Shown: positions 19,688-32,699, counted from the first letter of the stretch. The stretch: DNA of 64,000 nucleotides from Alphaproteobacteria bacterium (GCA_963422645.2 CAXXVO010000012.1:32001-96000); one strand, 5' to 3'. Numbers and translations are program-made. Notes: generated by a model from the sequence alone, not told the origin.

Positions 19688-20614
19688 TCAGGAACCGAGT
19701 TGCTCGGCGACTTCGGCGGCGAAGTCCTTGCTGTCCCGCTCGATCCCCTCGCCCAGCTGGTAGCGGACGAAACCGCTCACGGAGACCGGGGTGCCGAGCT
19801 CGCTGGCAAACCTCTCCAGCATCGCCTTCACCCGTGTCTCTCCGTCGAGAACCCAGGTCTGCTCGAGCAGAACGACCTCCTCGAAAAACTTGCGCAGCCT
19901 GCCCTCGATCATCTTCTCGATGATCTTCTCGGGCTTGCCTTCGGCGCGCGCCTGCTCGGCGAGGATCGCGCGCTCGCGCTCGACCATCGCCTGATCGAGC
20001 GAATCGCGCGAGACCGCATGCGGGCTCGCAGCCGCAATGTGCATGGCGAGCTCATGGGCGGGGCGCTCGAGGCTCTCGACAGGTGCGTCGGCTTCCACCG
20101 CGACGAGCACGCCGAGCCGGCTCAGCCCCGGCGTCGCCGGCATGTGGAGGTAGTCGCCCACGGCGCCTGCCGGCATGTCGAAAACCGCCGTCCGCCGCAG
20201 CTGAATGTTCTCGCCGATGGTGGCGACGAGATTGGTGATCTCCTCGGCCACCGTGCGGCCCGTTCCCGGATAGGACGCCGCAGAAAGGCGCTCGATATCG
20301 CCGTCGCAATCCAGTGCCAGCGTCGCGACCTCGCGCACCACCGCCTGGAAGTCGCCGTTGCGCGCGACGAAGTCGGTCTCGGCGTTGATCTCGACCATCG
20401 CCGCCTTGCCCGGCGCCGTCGCCAGCCCGATCAACCCTTCGGCTGCGGTGCGGCCGGCCTTGCGCTGAGCTTGCGCCAGGCCGCTCTTGCGCAACCAGTC
20501 GACCGCTGCTTCCAGCTCGCCGTCGGTCTCGGTCAGCGCCTTCTTGCAATCCATCATGCCGGCGCCGGTCTTCTCGCGTAGTTGCTTGACCAGCGCGGCC
20601 GTGATCTGAACCAT
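19688..20614 (-). CDS. tsf: Elongation factor Ts
   Basis: [24 protein letters not shown]. Confidence 0.97.
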   Translation of the reverse strand: MVQITAALVKQLREKTGAGMMDCKKALTETDGELEAAVDWLRKSGLAQAQRKAGRTAAEGLIGLATAPGKAAMVEINAETDFVARNGDFQAVVREVATLALDCDGDIERLSAASYPGTGRTVAEEITNLVATIGENIQLRRTAVFDMPAGAVGDYLHMPATPGLSRLGVLVAVEADAPVESLERPAHELAMHIAAASPHAVSRDSLDQAMVERERAILAEQARAEGKPEKIIEKMIEGRLRKFFEEVVLLEQTWVLDGETRVKAMLERFASELGTPVSVSGFVRYQLGEGIERDSKDFAAEVAEQLGS

Positions 20615-20643
20615 CGCTCGCTACTCCCAAGTGTGCGGCGCGA

Positions 20644-21612
20644 TCACGCGCCCGCCGCCTGCTCTGCCTCACCGCCCTCCGGCGCTGCGGATGCCTCGGC
20701 CGCCTGAGCCGCATCTGCCGGTTCCGGCGTTTCCGATGCTTCCGGCGCGCCCGACGCGCTGGACGACTCCGGCGTTGCGTCGGCGTCGGCAGGTGCCTCG
20801 GCGGGCGCTTCCGCAGCCGCATCGCCATCGGCCGGCGCGGCTTCAGCCGCGGCCGCTTCGACCGGTGGCAGGTCCTCGGCCAACCCCTCCTCGGCGGCGC
20901 CGATGTCGGCGCCAGAGGCAGCGAGCTCCACCTGCAAACCGTCGATGACAGCGCGGGCAAACAGGTCGCAGTAGAGATTGATCGCGCGGATCGCGTCGTC
21001 GTTGCCGGGAATCGGATGAATGATGAGGTCGGGGTCGCAGTTGCTGTCGACGATCGCGACCACCGGGATGCCCAGCTTGCGCGCCTCCAGGATCGCGATG
21101 TCTTCCTTGTTGGTGTCGATGACCACGAGCACGTCCGGCACGCCGCCCATGTCGCGGATGCCGCCGAGCGCGAGATCGAGCTTGTTGCGACGCCGGACCA
21201 GCTGCAGCATTTCCTTCTTGGTCAGGCCGGCGGACTCGTCGGCGAGTGTCGCCTCCAGATCGGCGAGGGTCTTAATCGAGCCCGAAATCGCCTTCCAGTT
21301 GGTCAGCATGCCGCCCAGCCAGCGGTGGTTGACGTAGTACTGCCCGCAGCGGCGGGCGGTCTCCGCGATCGGGCGCGAGGCCTGCCGCTTGGTGCCGACG
21401 AAGAGGATGCGCCCGCCCCCGGCAGCCACGTCGCGCAGCGCGACCAGCGCCTGGTGAAGAAGCGGCACCGTCTGCTCCAGATCGATGACGTGAACCTCGT
21501 TGCGCGCGCCGAAGAGGTAGGGGCGCATCTTCGGGTTCCAACGCCTGGTCTGGTGTCCAAAATGCACGCCGGCCTCGAGCAGCTGGCGCATGGTGAATTC
21601 TGGCAATGCCAT
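20644..21612 (-). CDS. rpsB: 30S ribosomal protein S2 (Ala/Glu-rich tail)
   Basis: [35 protein letters not shown]. Confidence 0.97.
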   Translation of the reverse strand: MALPEFTMRQLLEAGVHFGHQTRRWNPKMRPYLFGARNEVHVIDLEQTVPLLHQALVALRDVAAGGGRILFVGTKRQASRPIAETARRCGQYYVNHRWLGGMLTNWKAISGSIKTLADLEATLADESAGLTKKEMLQLVRRRNKLDLALGGIRDMGGVPDVLVVIDTNKEDIAILEARKLGIPVVAIVDSNCDPDLIIHPIPGNDDAIRAINLYCDLFARAVIDGLQVELAASGADIGAAEEGLAEDLPPVEAAAAEAAPADGDAAAEAPAEAPADADATPESSSASGAPEASETPEPADAAQAAEASAAPEGGEAEQAAGA

Positions 21613-21779
21613 TGGTCGTCCTTTCTCCGGTTCCTCCTCCGCGGATCATGCCCCTGCTTGGCCGGGCACCGGATCGGCACTCATGTCAGGAATGCCGTCA
21701 TCCGCGTGTGAATTCCTGCTACACGCAGGTGAGGGCTTGATAGCGCCGGTGCCCCCGGCGCGCAAGGCCCCAACCGGCC

Positions 21780-24700
21780 TTAGCCGGCCCGCGCCGCCGG
21801 GAGCTCCTGGACGGTCGTGACCCCGGCGAGCGCGCCGATCTCACCGCCGAGAGAGGGGCTGAGCGTGTAAGATTCGGGCAGCTCGACCTCGACCGTGCTG
21901 TCCCCGCCGGTCTCGACGAAGAGCGCGATTCGTCCGCCGCCCGCCGGACGGCTCGCGAGAATTGCACCCAGAGGCTCCAACGCGGCCGGATCGTGGACAA
22001 AGACCGCGAGGCCGGTGAGATTGCGCGTGAGCCGGGCGTCCAGATCGTCGAAGCTCTGGGCCGAGAGCTTGACCTCGTCCCCCTCGATCCGGGCCTGTGC
22101 GGTCACCAGCACCGGCTTGCCGGGCTCCAGCATGCTGCGCCCGTCGCCGTAGGTTTCGCGGAAGGCCGCCACCTCGAAGCTGCCGCTCGGGTCGGAAAGC
22201 TGGATGAAGGCGTAGCGCCGCGAGCCCGGTCCGCGCTCCCTGACCGAGAGCACCACGCCGGCCAGGCGGAAGCGCGTGATACCCCGCGCCACCTGCTCCG
22301 CCATCTGGGCGGCGGGCGTGACCGAGAGCCCCTTGAGCGCCGCCTCGTAGGAATCGAGCGGATGGGCGGAGAGATAGAAGCCGACCGCCTCCTGCTCGGC
22401 CGCAAGTCTCTCGTCCTGGTCCCAATCCGCCTGCTCCGCCAGGCACGGCCGCGGAGCGAACGATGCATCGGCATCGTCGAAGAGCGAGGCTTGCGAGCGA
22501 GAGAGCCTGGACGAGTTAGCGAAGGCGAGAAGCACCTCAGCACCCTCCGCCATCTGCCGGCGGTTCGGCGTGAGGCTGTCGAAGGCGCCGGCCTTCGCCA
22601 GGTTCTCGATCTGGCGGCGGTTGATCTGGTGCGGGTCGACCCGGCCGGCGAAGTCGAAGGGGTCGGTGAATGGCCCCTTCGCCTCCCGCTCGTCCGCGAG
22701 CGCCGTCATCGCCTGCACGCCGACATTCCTGACTGCGCCGAGCGCATAGCGGATCGCCTTGGTGTCGTCGGCCCGGATCTCGACCGAAAACGTCGCCCGC
22801 GAGGCGTTGATATCGGGCGGCAGCAAGGCAATCCCGAGCCGCTCCAGTTCCCGGCGGAACACCTCGAGCCGATCGGTATTGTTGAGCTCCAGGCTCATCG
22901 AGGCGGCCAAGAACTCGACCGGGTGATTGGCCTTGAGATACGCGGTCTGGTAGGCGACCAGCGCGTAGGCCGCGGCGTGGGACTTGTTGAAGCCGTAGCC
23001 GGCGAACTTCGCCACCAATTCGAAGATGCGGGTCGCGTCGCTGCGGGCGACATCGTTGGCAAGCGCGCCGTTCACGAAGGTCTCCCGCTGCGCGTCCATC
23101 TCCGCCTTGATCTTCTTGCCCATGGCGCGCCGCAGGAGGTCGGCGGAGCCCAGGCTGTAGCCGGCCAGAACCTTGGCGATCTCCATCACCTGCTCCTGGT
23201 AGATGATGACGCCGAAGGTCTCCTCCAGCAGGCCGGTCAGCATCGGGTGCAGATAGTCGGGCTTCTCCTTGCCGTGCTTGCAAGCGATGTAGCGGGGAAT
23301 GTTATCCATCGGCCCCGGGCGGTAGAGCGCGACGAGGGCGATGATGTCCTCGATGGAGTCGGGCTTGAGGCTGCGCAGCGCGTCCCTCATGCCCGTACTT
23401 TCAAGCTGGAACACTCCCATGGCGGCGCCGGCGCCCAGCATCTCGTATGTCTTCTCGTCGTCGAGCGGGAGCGAATCGATATCGATATCGACCCCGGCCT
23501 CGCGCAGCATCGCGCTCGCGTGGTCGAGCACCGTGAGCGTCTTCAGGCCAAGCAGGTCGAATTTCACGAGCCCGGCCATCTCCGCGTACTTCATGGAGAA
23601 CTGCGTTGCCGGCATCTCCGAGCGCGGGTCGCGATAAAGGGGCACGAGCTCGCTGAGCGGCCGGTCGCCGATCACGATGCCTGCAGCGTGGGTCGAGGCG
23701 TGCCGGTACAACCCTTCGAGCTGGAGCGAAATTTCGATCAGGCGCGCGACCGTCGCATCGTCGTCGCGCTCGGCCTGGAGCCGGGGTTCGCTGTCCAGCG
23801 CCTGCTGCAGGGTCGCCGGGTTGGCCGGATTGTAGGGGATCAGCTTGCAGAGCCGATCCACGCGGCCGTAGCCGAGGCCCAGCACGCGCCCGACATCGCG
23901 GAGCACGGCGCGGGCCTGGAGCTTGCCGAAGGTGATGATCTGGGCGACGCGATCCTTGCCGTAGCGCCGGCACACGTAGCCAATCACCTCGTCACGACGC
24001 TCCGGGCAGAAGTCGATGTCGAAATCGGGCATCGACACCCGTTCGGGATTGAGGAAGCGCTCGAACAGGAGGCCGAAGCGGAGCGGGTCGAGATCGGTGA
24101 TGGTGAGCGCCCACGCCACCACGGAGCCCGCGCCGGAGCCCCGGCCAGGGCCGACCGGAATCCCCTCCCCCCTGGCCCAGCGCACGATATCGGCGACGAT
24201 GAGGAAGTAGCCCGCGAACTGCATCTCGCTGATGACGCCGAGTTCGTAGGCGAGCCTCTCCCGGTAGGGCGCCGCGGCCTCCTCGCGCGCCGTATCGTCC
24301 ATGTCGGCGCGGTAGACCTGGGCGGCGAGCCGGCGCTCCAGTCCCTCCTCGGCCTGGGCTCGCAGGGTATCGGCCTCGCTCACGTCGGCCGCGATGGGAA
24401 ACACCGGCAGGATTGGCTTCCGCGTCTGCGCCATGACAGCGCAGCGCCGGGCGACGGCCAAGGTATTGTCGACGGCATCCGGCAGGTCGGCGAACAGCGT
24501 GCGCATCTCGTCGGCCGGGCGGAAGCGGTGCTGCGGTGTGAGGCGGCGCCGGTTCTCGTCCTCAACGTGGCTGTTCTGGGCGATGCAGAGCAGCGCGTCG
24601 TGGGCCTCGTAGGTCTCGGCGCGCAGGAAGTAGGCGTCGTTGGTCGCGACCAGCGGCAGGTCAAGCTCATCGGCGAGCGCGATCAGCCGCGCCTCGATTT

Positions 24701-25253
24701 GCTCCTCCTCGGCCAAAGCGTGGCGCATGAGCTCGACATAGAGCCGGTCCGGAAAGATCTCGCCGAGCCGCATTAGCAACGCGCGCGCGGCCTTGACCTG
24801 GCCGTCGATGAGGAGACGTCCGACCGGCCCGGCGGGGCCGCCCGTGAGCGCGAGCAGACCCTCTGCCCGCGCCGCCAGCTCGTCGAGGGTGACCAGAGGC
24901 TGCCCGCTGGCGCCGCCCTGGAGGTAGGCGTGGCTGGTCAGCGCGGTCAGGTTGCGATAACCGGTCTCGTCCTGGGCGAGCAGCAAGAGCCACGATGCCG
25001 CGCGGTCCTGCTGGCCGGGCTGCTCCGTGCGCGTGCCGATCGCGAGGTCGCAGCCCATGATCGGCTGTACGCCGGCCCCGATGCAGGCCTCCGAGAAGGC
25101 CAAGGCGCCGAACATGTTGCCGCGATCAGCGATGGCGCAGGCCGGCATCCGCCACTCGCGGCAGGTCTCGACCAGCCCGTCGAGCCGGATCGCGCCTTCC
25201 AGCAGCGAGTAGGCGGTGCGAACCCTGAGGTGGACGAAATCGGCGTGGCTCAT
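21780..25253 (-). CDS. dnaE: DNA polymerase III alpha subunit
   Basis: FVHLRVRTAYSLLEG, GPGRGSGAGS, RVSMPDFDIDF, FAGYGFNKSH. Confidence 0.97.
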   Translation of the reverse strand: MSHADFVHLRVRTAYSLLEGAIRLDGLVETCREWRMPACAIADRGNMFGALAFSEACIGAGVQPIMGCDLAIGTRTEQPGQQDRAASWLLLLAQDETGYRNLTALTSHAYLQGGASGQPLVTLDELAARAEGLLALTGGPAGPVGRLLIDGQVKAARALLMRLGEIFPDRLYVELMRHALAEEEQIEARLIALADELDLPLVATNDAYFLRAETYEAHDALLCIAQNSHVEDENRRRLTPQHRFRPADEMRTLFADLPDAVDNTLAVARRCAVMAQTRKPILPVFPIAADVSEADTLRAQAEEGLERRLAAQVYRADMDDTAREEAAAPYRERLAYELGVISEMQFAGYFLIVADIVRWARGEGIPVGPGRGSGAGSVVAWALTITDLDPLRFGLLFERFLNPERVSMPDFDIDFCPERRDEVIGYVCRRYGKDRVAQIITFGKLQARAVLRDVGRVLGLGYGRVDRLCKLIPYNPANPATLQQALDSEPRLQAERDDDATVARLIEISLQLEGLYRHASTHAAGIVIGDRPLSELVPLYRDPRSEMPATQFSMKYAEMAGLVKFDLLGLKTLTVLDHASAMLREAGVDIDIDSLPLDDEKTYEMLGAGAAMGVFQLESTGMRDALRSLKPDSIEDIIALVALYRPGPMDNIPRYIACKHGKEKPDYLHPMLTGLLEETFGVIIYQEQVMEIAKVLAGYSLGSADLLRRAMGKKIKAEMDAQRETFVNGALANDVARSDATRIFELVAKFAGYGFNKSHAAAYALVAYQTAYLKANHPVEFLAASMSLELNNTDRLEVFRRELERLGIALLPPDINASRATFSVEIRADDTKAIRYALGAVRNVGVQAMTALADEREAKGPFTDPFDFAGRVDPHQINRRQIENLAKAGAFDSLTPNRRQMAEGAEVLLAFANSSRLSRSQASLFDDADASFAPRPCLAEQADWDQDERLAAEQEAVGFYLSAHPLDSYEAALKGLSVTPAAQMAEQVARGITRFRLAGVVLSVRERGPGSRRYAFIQLSDPSGSFEVAAFRETYGDGRSMLEPGKPVLVTAQARIEGDEVKLSAQSFDDLDARLTRNLTGLAVFVHDPAALEPLGAILASRPAGGGRIALFVETGGDSTVEVELPESYTLSPSLGGEIGALAGVTTVQELPAARAG

Positions 25254-25425
25254 GGCAGGACCCTAACGAATCGCTGAAGGGTACGAATGCACGATAGATG
25301 CCACAGGGCGGCGTGAGCGTCACGCGCTGCGGCCGCACGCGGAACACGAGACAGTGTGCGATGGCTCGGCGGGGCGCGCTTTGGTAGACTTGGCGTCTTG
25401 GCGAATTGACTGGGAGCCGGGCATC

Positions 25426-26076
25426 ATGGACGAAAGCGGAGAGGCACGCATTTTCGAGCAGGAAACCGACCTGCGCGAGACCATGGGCGAGACCATGGAA
25501 ATCTCGGTGAAGAAGTGCATCCCCTCGCTGGACAAGCACTGCAGGGAGTTTATCAGCCGCTCGCCTTTCCTCTGCATCGGCACCAGCGGCGAAAGCGGCC
25601 GCGCCGACGTCTCGCCGCGCGGCGACCCGCCGGGCTTCGTTCAGGTGCTCGACGACAACACGCTCTTTATCCCGGACCGGCCCGGCAACAACCGGCTGGA
25701 TACGATGACCAACATCATCGAGAACCCGAACGTAGGCCTGCTCTTCCTGGTGCCCGGCTTTGACGACACGCTGCGGGTGAACGGCAAGGCGACGATCGTC
25801 CGTGATGACGCGCTGGCGCAGGCTGCCGTGGTCAACAAAAAGGAGCCGAAAGTCGGCATCAGGGTCGAGGTCCAGGAGGCCTTCCTGCACTGCGCCAAGG
25901 CGTTCAAGCGCTCTCGGCTCTGGGACGAAGAGAGCAGACAGAACCGCCGCGAGATGCCGTCGCTCGGCCGGATAATCCTGGAGCAGACGGCGCCGCCGGA
26001 GGAGCCGCCCACCGAGGAGACGGTCAAGGAGACCGACGAGTTCGTCGAGGAGAACTATCGCACCGAGCTCTACTAG
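25426..26076 (+). CDS. Pyridoxamine 5'-phosphate oxidase-like FMN-binding protein (MSMEG_1061 type)
   Basis: DVSPRGDPPGF, PDRPGNNRLD, LRVNG, HCAKAFKRSRLW. Confidence 0.85.
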   Translation: MDESGEARIFEQETDLRETMGETMEISVKKCIPSLDKHCREFISRSPFLCIGTSGESGRADVSPRGDPPGFVQVLDDNTLFIPDRPGNNRLDTMTNIIENPNVGLLFLVPGFDDTLRVNGKATIVRDDALAQAAVVNKKEPKVGIRVEVQEAFLHCAKAFKRSRLWDEESRQNRREMPSLGRIILEQTAPPEEPPTEETVKETDEFVEENYRTELY

Positions 26077-26169
26077 AGGCCGGGCGGCGGGAAGTTTCTT
26101 CCTGTCCGACCGACGCCTGAGCCGAGAGACCGGCACCGCTCGGTGCATACCAGCAGCAGGAGCTTCACC

Positions 26170-26721
26170 ATGGAACGGATCGATGTCAGCCCCGAGTACA
26201 TGGAGAGCGAGCGCGTCGCCCGCTTCAAGGACCTGAAATCGAGCGGCCACGCGTTCGTCGATGCGCTCATCCCGGGCTATGAGCGCGACATCTACAACAT
26301 CATCGGCCGCGGCGTGGTCGAGGACAAAGAGCTCAAGCCTCCGATCACCGACAACCGCGACTTCAATGTCGGCCTGATCAAGGCCGAGCCCGGCAAGGGC
26401 GCCTCGTTGCACATTCACGAGACCAACGAGGTGTTCATTCCGCTGACCGGCAAGTGGGGCATCTACTGGCAGAACAGCGACGGCCAGCGCCACGAGGTGG
26501 TGCTGGAGCCCTACGACACCGTCTCGGTCCCCATCGGTGCGAGCCGGGGCTTTCGCAACGCGGGCGACCAGACAGCGCTCATGCTGGCGGTGGTCGGCGG
26601 CACCGATCCGGGCAAGGTGCACTGGCCCGAGGAGACCATCGAGGAGGGGCAGCGCCACGGGATCGGCCTCGACGAGCACGGCGACCTCGTGCTGCTGGAG
26701 GGCGCCCAAGCGGCAGAGTGA
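26170..26721 (+). CDS. Cupin domain protein
   Basis: GASLHIHETNEVF and LEPYDTVSVPIGASRGFRN cupin motifs. Confidence 0.75.
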   Translation: MERIDVSPEYMESERVARFKDLKSSGHAFVDALIPGYERDIYNIIGRGVVEDKELKPPITDNRDFNVGLIKAEPGKGASLHIHETNEVFIPLTGKWGIYWQNSDGQRHEVVLEPYDTVSVPIGASRGFRNAGDQTALMLAVVGGTDPGKVHWPEETIEEGQRHGIGLDEHGDLVLLEGAQAAE

Positions 26722-26929
26722 TCGCCAACGCGGCCACAGCTGAGGCGCGGAACACCCGCACTGCCGCACCGAATGGCGCGCTGAGCGCACGATCGAGCGG
26801 AGCGCCCGCCCGGTGATCGAGGAGAATTAAAATGAGTGGCGGGACGTCCCGCGTTCCCCGCCGCTTGACACCTTGTAACCACACGCTAATGTCGCCGCGT
26901 CCACGACACCAGAAAGCCGAGCGCATCCA

Positions 26930-27097
26930 ATGGCCAAGGCCAACAGCATCCTGATCAAGCTCGTCAGCTCGGCGGGTACGGGGTTCTACTACACGACGCG
27001 CAAGAACCCGCGCAGTCAGACCGAGAAACTTTCGCTGCGCAAGTTCGACCCCGTCGCCCGCAAGCACGTGGTCTTCAAGGAATCGAAGATCAAATAG
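26930..27097 (+). CDS. rpmG: 50S ribosomal protein L33 (Zn-free type)
   Basis: Hand-translated [55 protein letters not shown]; too short for the ORF track. Confidence 0.95.
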   Translation: MAKANSILIKLVSSAGTGFYYTTRKNPRSQTEKLSLRKFDPVARKHVVFKESKIK

Positions 27098-27114
27098 AAC
27101 CCGCAGGATCCGGC

Positions 27115-27600
27115 ATGTCATCCGGAGGGCACCGCCGGCGCGTCGGCGGTGTGACCATTGCTGCGGCAGGTTTGATTCTGTCGCTGACTCTCCTGCATGT
27201 ATCCACCACCGCGTGGGCGGATATGCAGGCTGGCTGGCAGGCGTACACAGCCGGCGACTATGAGACCGCGATCGGCGAATGGCAGCCACTCGCCGAGGCC
27301 GGTGACTATCAAGCGGCGTACGCGCTTGGCATGGCCTATCAGATCAAGGGCGAGCCTATGCAGGCGGTGCCCTGGTATGAGCAGGCAGCCAGCGCGGGGC
27401 TGACCGAGGCGCAGATCCTGCTCGGCACGATTTTTGCGCGCGGCAATGACGTGCCCCGCGATCTGGTGCGCGCCTACGCCTGGCTCTACAAGGCAGCCGA
27501 GAAGAAGAGCCCGAACGCCCAGCTCATTCTCGAGTCCGTCGCGGGTCTGATGACCGCCGAGGAGATCGAAGAAGCGAAGGCGCTGAGCGCGACGCTATAG
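27115..27600 (+). CDS. Secreted Sel1-repeat protein
   Basis: Signal peptide; WQPLAEAGD..A.Y.LG, AQILLG..F..G..VPRDLVRAYAW. Confidence 0.8.
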   Translation: MSSGGHRRRVGGVTIAAAGLILSLTLLHVSTTAWADMQAGWQAYTAGDYETAIGEWQPLAEAGDYQAAYALGMAYQIKGEPMQAVPWYEQAASAGLTEAQILLGTIFARGNDVPRDLVRAYAWLYKAAEKKSPNAQLILESVAGLMTAEEIEEAKALSATL

Positions 27601-27766
27601 AGCGCCAGTCTTGCGGCAGTAGCCTGCCCGGCGGCCTGTACAAGCCCCTTTCCCCATCAAGATTGTCTTCCCAACCGCGGACACATGCGCAAGCCGACGG
27701 GCCGAAATTGCGCCCTTGGGCGGTCTTGCCTAGAGTCGAGCCCGGTACGTTGCGCGAGGGTACGCA

Positions 27767-28792
27767 TTGGCTCGTCCCGACCTGGCGACCCGCTTCCTGG
27801 GCTTGAACCCGAAATCGTCCGCCGGGCGATTCCTTGGCGCCGTAGAGCGCGCGATCATCGACAATCCCACCGTCTTCACCGCAGGCATCCTGCTGCTGCT
27901 GTGGCTGATCCTGTCGCAGCTCTCGCCCTACTTCTTCACCGTCAGAAACCTGTTCGAGATTACCGTCCAGGCGGCCGTTATTGCGCTGATCGCGGTGGGG
28001 CAGACCTTCGTCATCCTCTCCAAGGGAATTGATCTTTCCGTCGGCGCGATCCTCGCCGCCTCCGCGGTCACGTCCACCATGGTCATGGATGCCGGCTACG
28101 GTCTTGCCGCCGGTGTGATTGCCGGGATCGTCGTCGGCGCCTTCTTCGGTGCGGCGAACGGCGTCGCAGTCGGCTACATGCGGATTCCGCCTTTCGTCGC
28201 GACTCTGGGCATGATGGGGATCGCCCGCGGCTACGCGCTGATCATCACGGAGGGCATTCCCATCTTCAGGGTGGCGGATGGCTTCGAGATCCTGGGCCAG
28301 GGGCGTATCTGGGGTGTGGTGCCGGTGCCCACCGTTGCGACGCTCGGGCTCTACGCGATCGGCGTCTTCGTGCTGCTTCGCACTCGGCTCGGCCGCTACA
28401 CGGTCTCGATCGGAAGCAACGAGCAGGCCACCAAGTTCTCGGGCGTCAACATCCCGCTCTATCTGATCCTGATTTACGGCCTGAGCGGCGTCACTGCCGG
28501 CATTGCGGGGCTTACCGAAGCCTCGCGCATCGGCAGCGGACAACCGGCAGGCGGCGTGGGCTACGAGCTCGACTCGATCGCGGCCGTGGTGATCGGCGGA
28601 ACCAGCCTCTTCGGTGGTCAGGGCAGCCTGATCGCCTCGCTGATCGGGGCACTCATCATCGCCACGTTACGCAACGGGCTCAACGTGCTCGGCGTCTACG
28701 CCTTCTGGCAGCTAGTCGCCATCGGTGCTATCCTGATCGGCGCCGTCTACATCGATAATTGGCGGCGATTGAGGCGCGGCGGAGAAGAATAA
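27767..28792 (+). CDS. Sugar ABC transporter permease (RbsC-like)
   Basis: GIDLSVG, IPPFVATLG, YELDSIAAVVIGGTSLFGG. Confidence 0.9.
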   Translation: MARPDLATRFLGLNPKSSAGRFLGAVERAIIDNPTVFTAGILLLLWLILSQLSPYFFTVRNLFEITVQAAVIALIAVGQTFVILSKGIDLSVGAILAASAVTSTMVMDAGYGLAAGVIAGIVVGAFFGAANGVAVGYMRIPPFVATLGMMGIARGYALIITEGIPIFRVADGFEILGQGRIWGVVPVPTVATLGLYAIGVFVLLRTRLGRYTVSIGSNEQATKFSGVNIPLYLILIYGLSGVTAGIAGLTEASRIGSGQPAGGVGYELDSIAAVVIGGTSLFGGQGSLIASLIGALIIATLRNGLNVLGVYAFWQLVAIGAILIGAVYIDNWRRLRRGGEE

Positions 28793-28852
28793 GAAGGAAC
28801 AGAGGGGGCCGCGCGTCGCAAGCGGCGACAATGCCGCCAGGGAGGAGAAAAC

Positions 28853-29833
28853 ATGAAGAAGCGCTCACCCGTATCGAAGACCATTCGAGGCCTCGCGGCA
28901 GCAGCCGTGATCGCCGCATTCTCGGCGGTGGGGTTCGCGTCTGACGCAACCGCAGCCGACAAGACGCTGGCGTGGATCCCGAAATCGACCGATTCGTCGT
29001 TCTGGCTCGCCATCAAGCGGGGTGCCGAAAAAGCCGGCGCGGAACTGGGATACGAGGTCCTCTACGTCGGCGTGCAGGACCAGACCAACATCGCCGGCCA
29101 GATCAACCTGGTCAACGACATGGTCACCCGCAGGATCGACGGCATTCTGATCGCCGCGACCGATGCCAAGGCGCTGTCCGACCCGGTGACCAAGGCCATC
29201 GAGGCCGGCGTGCCGGTCATCACGGTGGATTCCGGCATCGACCCCGACACCTCGCTCGCCTACATCGCCACCGACAACATCGGTGCCGCCGAGGCCGCCG
29301 CGGAGCATCTGGCGGGGCTGATCGGCGGCAAGGGCAAGGTCGGCGACATCGGCATCACCGCCGGCTCCCAGACCGGGTACGAGCGCGAGAACGGCTTCCT
29401 CGAGCAGATGAAGAACTATCCCGATATCGAGGTGGTGCCGGTGCAGTACTCGGGGTGCAGCCCGGCCAAGGCGCTGAACATCGCGACCGACCTGTACACC
29501 GGCAATCCCGACCTCGTCGGCTTCTATGGCGCCTGCGACGGCGCCGGCACCGGCGCGGGTCAGCTCGCCAAGCAGAGAGAGCTCGATCTCCGCATCGTCG
29601 CCTTCGACAGCTCGGCCGAAGAATTCGAGTTGTTCAAGGAAGGCTACATCGACGCACTCATCCTGCAGGACCCGTTCAAGATGGGCTATGACGGCGTCTA
29701 TGCCATGGACCAGATCCTGAAGGGCGGGACGGTTGAGCCGCGCGTCGTGGCGATTCCGGCGCAGGTGGTGACGCTGGAGAACATGAACGAGCCCGCCATC
29801 CAGAAGCTGCTCACCGACATGGAGCTTCTGTAA
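28853..29833 (+). CDS. Sugar ABC transporter substrate-binding protein (RbsB-like)
   Basis: Signal peptide; AGVPVITVDS, YIATDN, ILQDPFKMGY. Confidence 0.88.
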   Translation: MKKRSPVSKTIRGLAAAAVIAAFSAVGFASDATAADKTLAWIPKSTDSSFWLAIKRGAEKAGAELGYEVLYVGVQDQTNIAGQINLVNDMVTRRIDGILIAATDAKALSDPVTKAIEAGVPVITVDSGIDPDTSLAYIATDNIGAAEAAAEHLAGLIGGKGKVGDIGITAGSQTGYERENGFLEQMKNYPDIEVVPVQYSGCSPAKALNIATDLYTGNPDLVGFYGACDGAGTGAGQLAKQRELDLRIVAFDSSAEEFELFKEGYIDALILQDPFKMGYDGVYAMDQILKGGTVEPRVVAIPAQVVTLENMNEPAIQKLLTDMELL

Positions 29834-29951
29834 TCGTACCCACGGCCGGGCGCGGCGCGCGGCCGCTCGCCCGGTGACGCAAAGGAACGGGCCTCCACTG
29901 CGTTTCGGCGTAGTGGAGGCCCACGTCGCCGTAGCAAGAGGAGAATCGACG

Positions 29952-30995
29952 ATGACACCGAAGTTGCACAGAACGGCTCTATCGGCGCTCGCTGCGATCG
30001 GCCTGGCCGCGGTCATCACCGGCGCTCAGGCGCAGGAGATCGACACGATCGCGGTATTGGTGCCAGAGCAGGGCACCGACTACGGCTGGAACCAGCAGGG
30101 CGTGGACGCGACCCGGGCGGTCGGCGAGGCCATGGGGCTCGAGGTGATCGCGGCCGAGGGCCTCGGCTACGGCGACGTGCGGCCGACGCTGCGCGAGCTC
30201 GCGGCGGAAGGCGCCGATCTGATGATCGCGCACGCCAGCGGCTACAACACCGCAGCACCCGAGATCGCCGCTGAGACCGGGGTTGCGGTCGCAATCGTGG
30301 ACAGGCCGGAAGACATGGTGGCGGGCCTCGTCGCCGACTACACGCTGAGCGGGCATCACGGCGCCTATATGGCCGGCATGCTGGCGGCGCAGCTTTCGCG
30401 CACCGGCACGCTCGGCATCGTCGTCTCCGGTGAGCCGCCGTCCTGGAACTCGCAGTCCGCCGGCTTCGCCATGGGCGCACGCGCGGCCAATCCGGACGTC
30501 AACCTGCTCTACGCGGTGATCGGCCCTGCGGCCTATGCCGATGCGGCCGGTGGCAAGCGGGTCACGGAATCGGTCATCGCCGCCGGCGCCGACATCGTCT
30601 TTGGCCAGGGCGACGGCTCCACCTTTGGCATGCTCCAGGCGGTGGAGACGGTGCCTGCGGCCGATGGCGGCAAGGTGCTCTTCATCGACGTGATCGGCGA
30701 CAAGAGCGAGATCGACAAGGGCCACCTGCTCTCGTCGGTGGTCTGGAACATGGTGCCGGTCTACACCGCGATGGTCGAAGACCTGAAGAGCGGCACCTTC
30801 GGCACCGTCGGCTACGCCATCCAGCTTGCGGACGATTCGGTGCAGCTGCTGCGGACAGCGCACATCTCTGACGAGATGTGGGCGGGGCTGATGGACGTCC
30901 GGGCCCAGATCATCGCGGGCGAGATCGACGTGCCGGCGGTCTGGGAAGCCACGGAGGTGCGCGCCCTGATGTCGTCGGTCGAGGCGGCTGAGTAG
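29952..30995 (+). CDS. BMP-family ABC substrate-binding protein
   Basis: DYGWNQQG, GAYMAGMLAAQLSRTG, FIDVIGD; heads a nucleoside-type ABC operon. Confidence 0.85.
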   Translation: MTPKLHRTALSALAAIGLAAVITGAQAQEIDTIAVLVPEQGTDYGWNQQGVDATRAVGEAMGLEVIAAEGLGYGDVRPTLRELAAEGADLMIAHASGYNTAAPEIAAETGVAVAIVDRPEDMVAGLVADYTLSGHHGAYMAGMLAAQLSRTGTLGIVVSGEPPSWNSQSAGFAMGARAANPDVNLLYAVIGPAAYADAAGGKRVTESVIAAGADIVFGQGDGSTFGMLQAVETVPAADGGKVLFIDVIGDKSEIDKGHLLSSVVWNMVPVYTAMVEDLKSGTFGTVGYAIQLADDSVQLLRTAHISDEMWAGLMDVRAQIIAGEIDVPAVWEATEVRALMSSVEAAE

Positions 30996-31115
30996 CGCAC
31001 GCAGAGACAGCAGGCGGCGCCCGGCCGCGAGGAATCGCACGCCGGGCGCGCCTGCCCTTTTTCTCCGGGGGTGCTGCGGCGCCCTCCCGCCCGAACGGAC
31101 GCCCGTGGCCTGACT

Positions 31116-32699
<1,584 letters not shown>

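Noticed and set aside
20644-20900. Ala/Glu/Pro-rich repetitive tail of RpsB
   Set aside because: Such low-complexity S2 extensions are common in Alphaproteobacteria.
21993-24776. Long antisense ORFs (also 3604..5583, 47256..49772, 58710..61253)
   Set aside because: They mirror well-supported genes on the opposite strand, as expected from high-GC codon bias.
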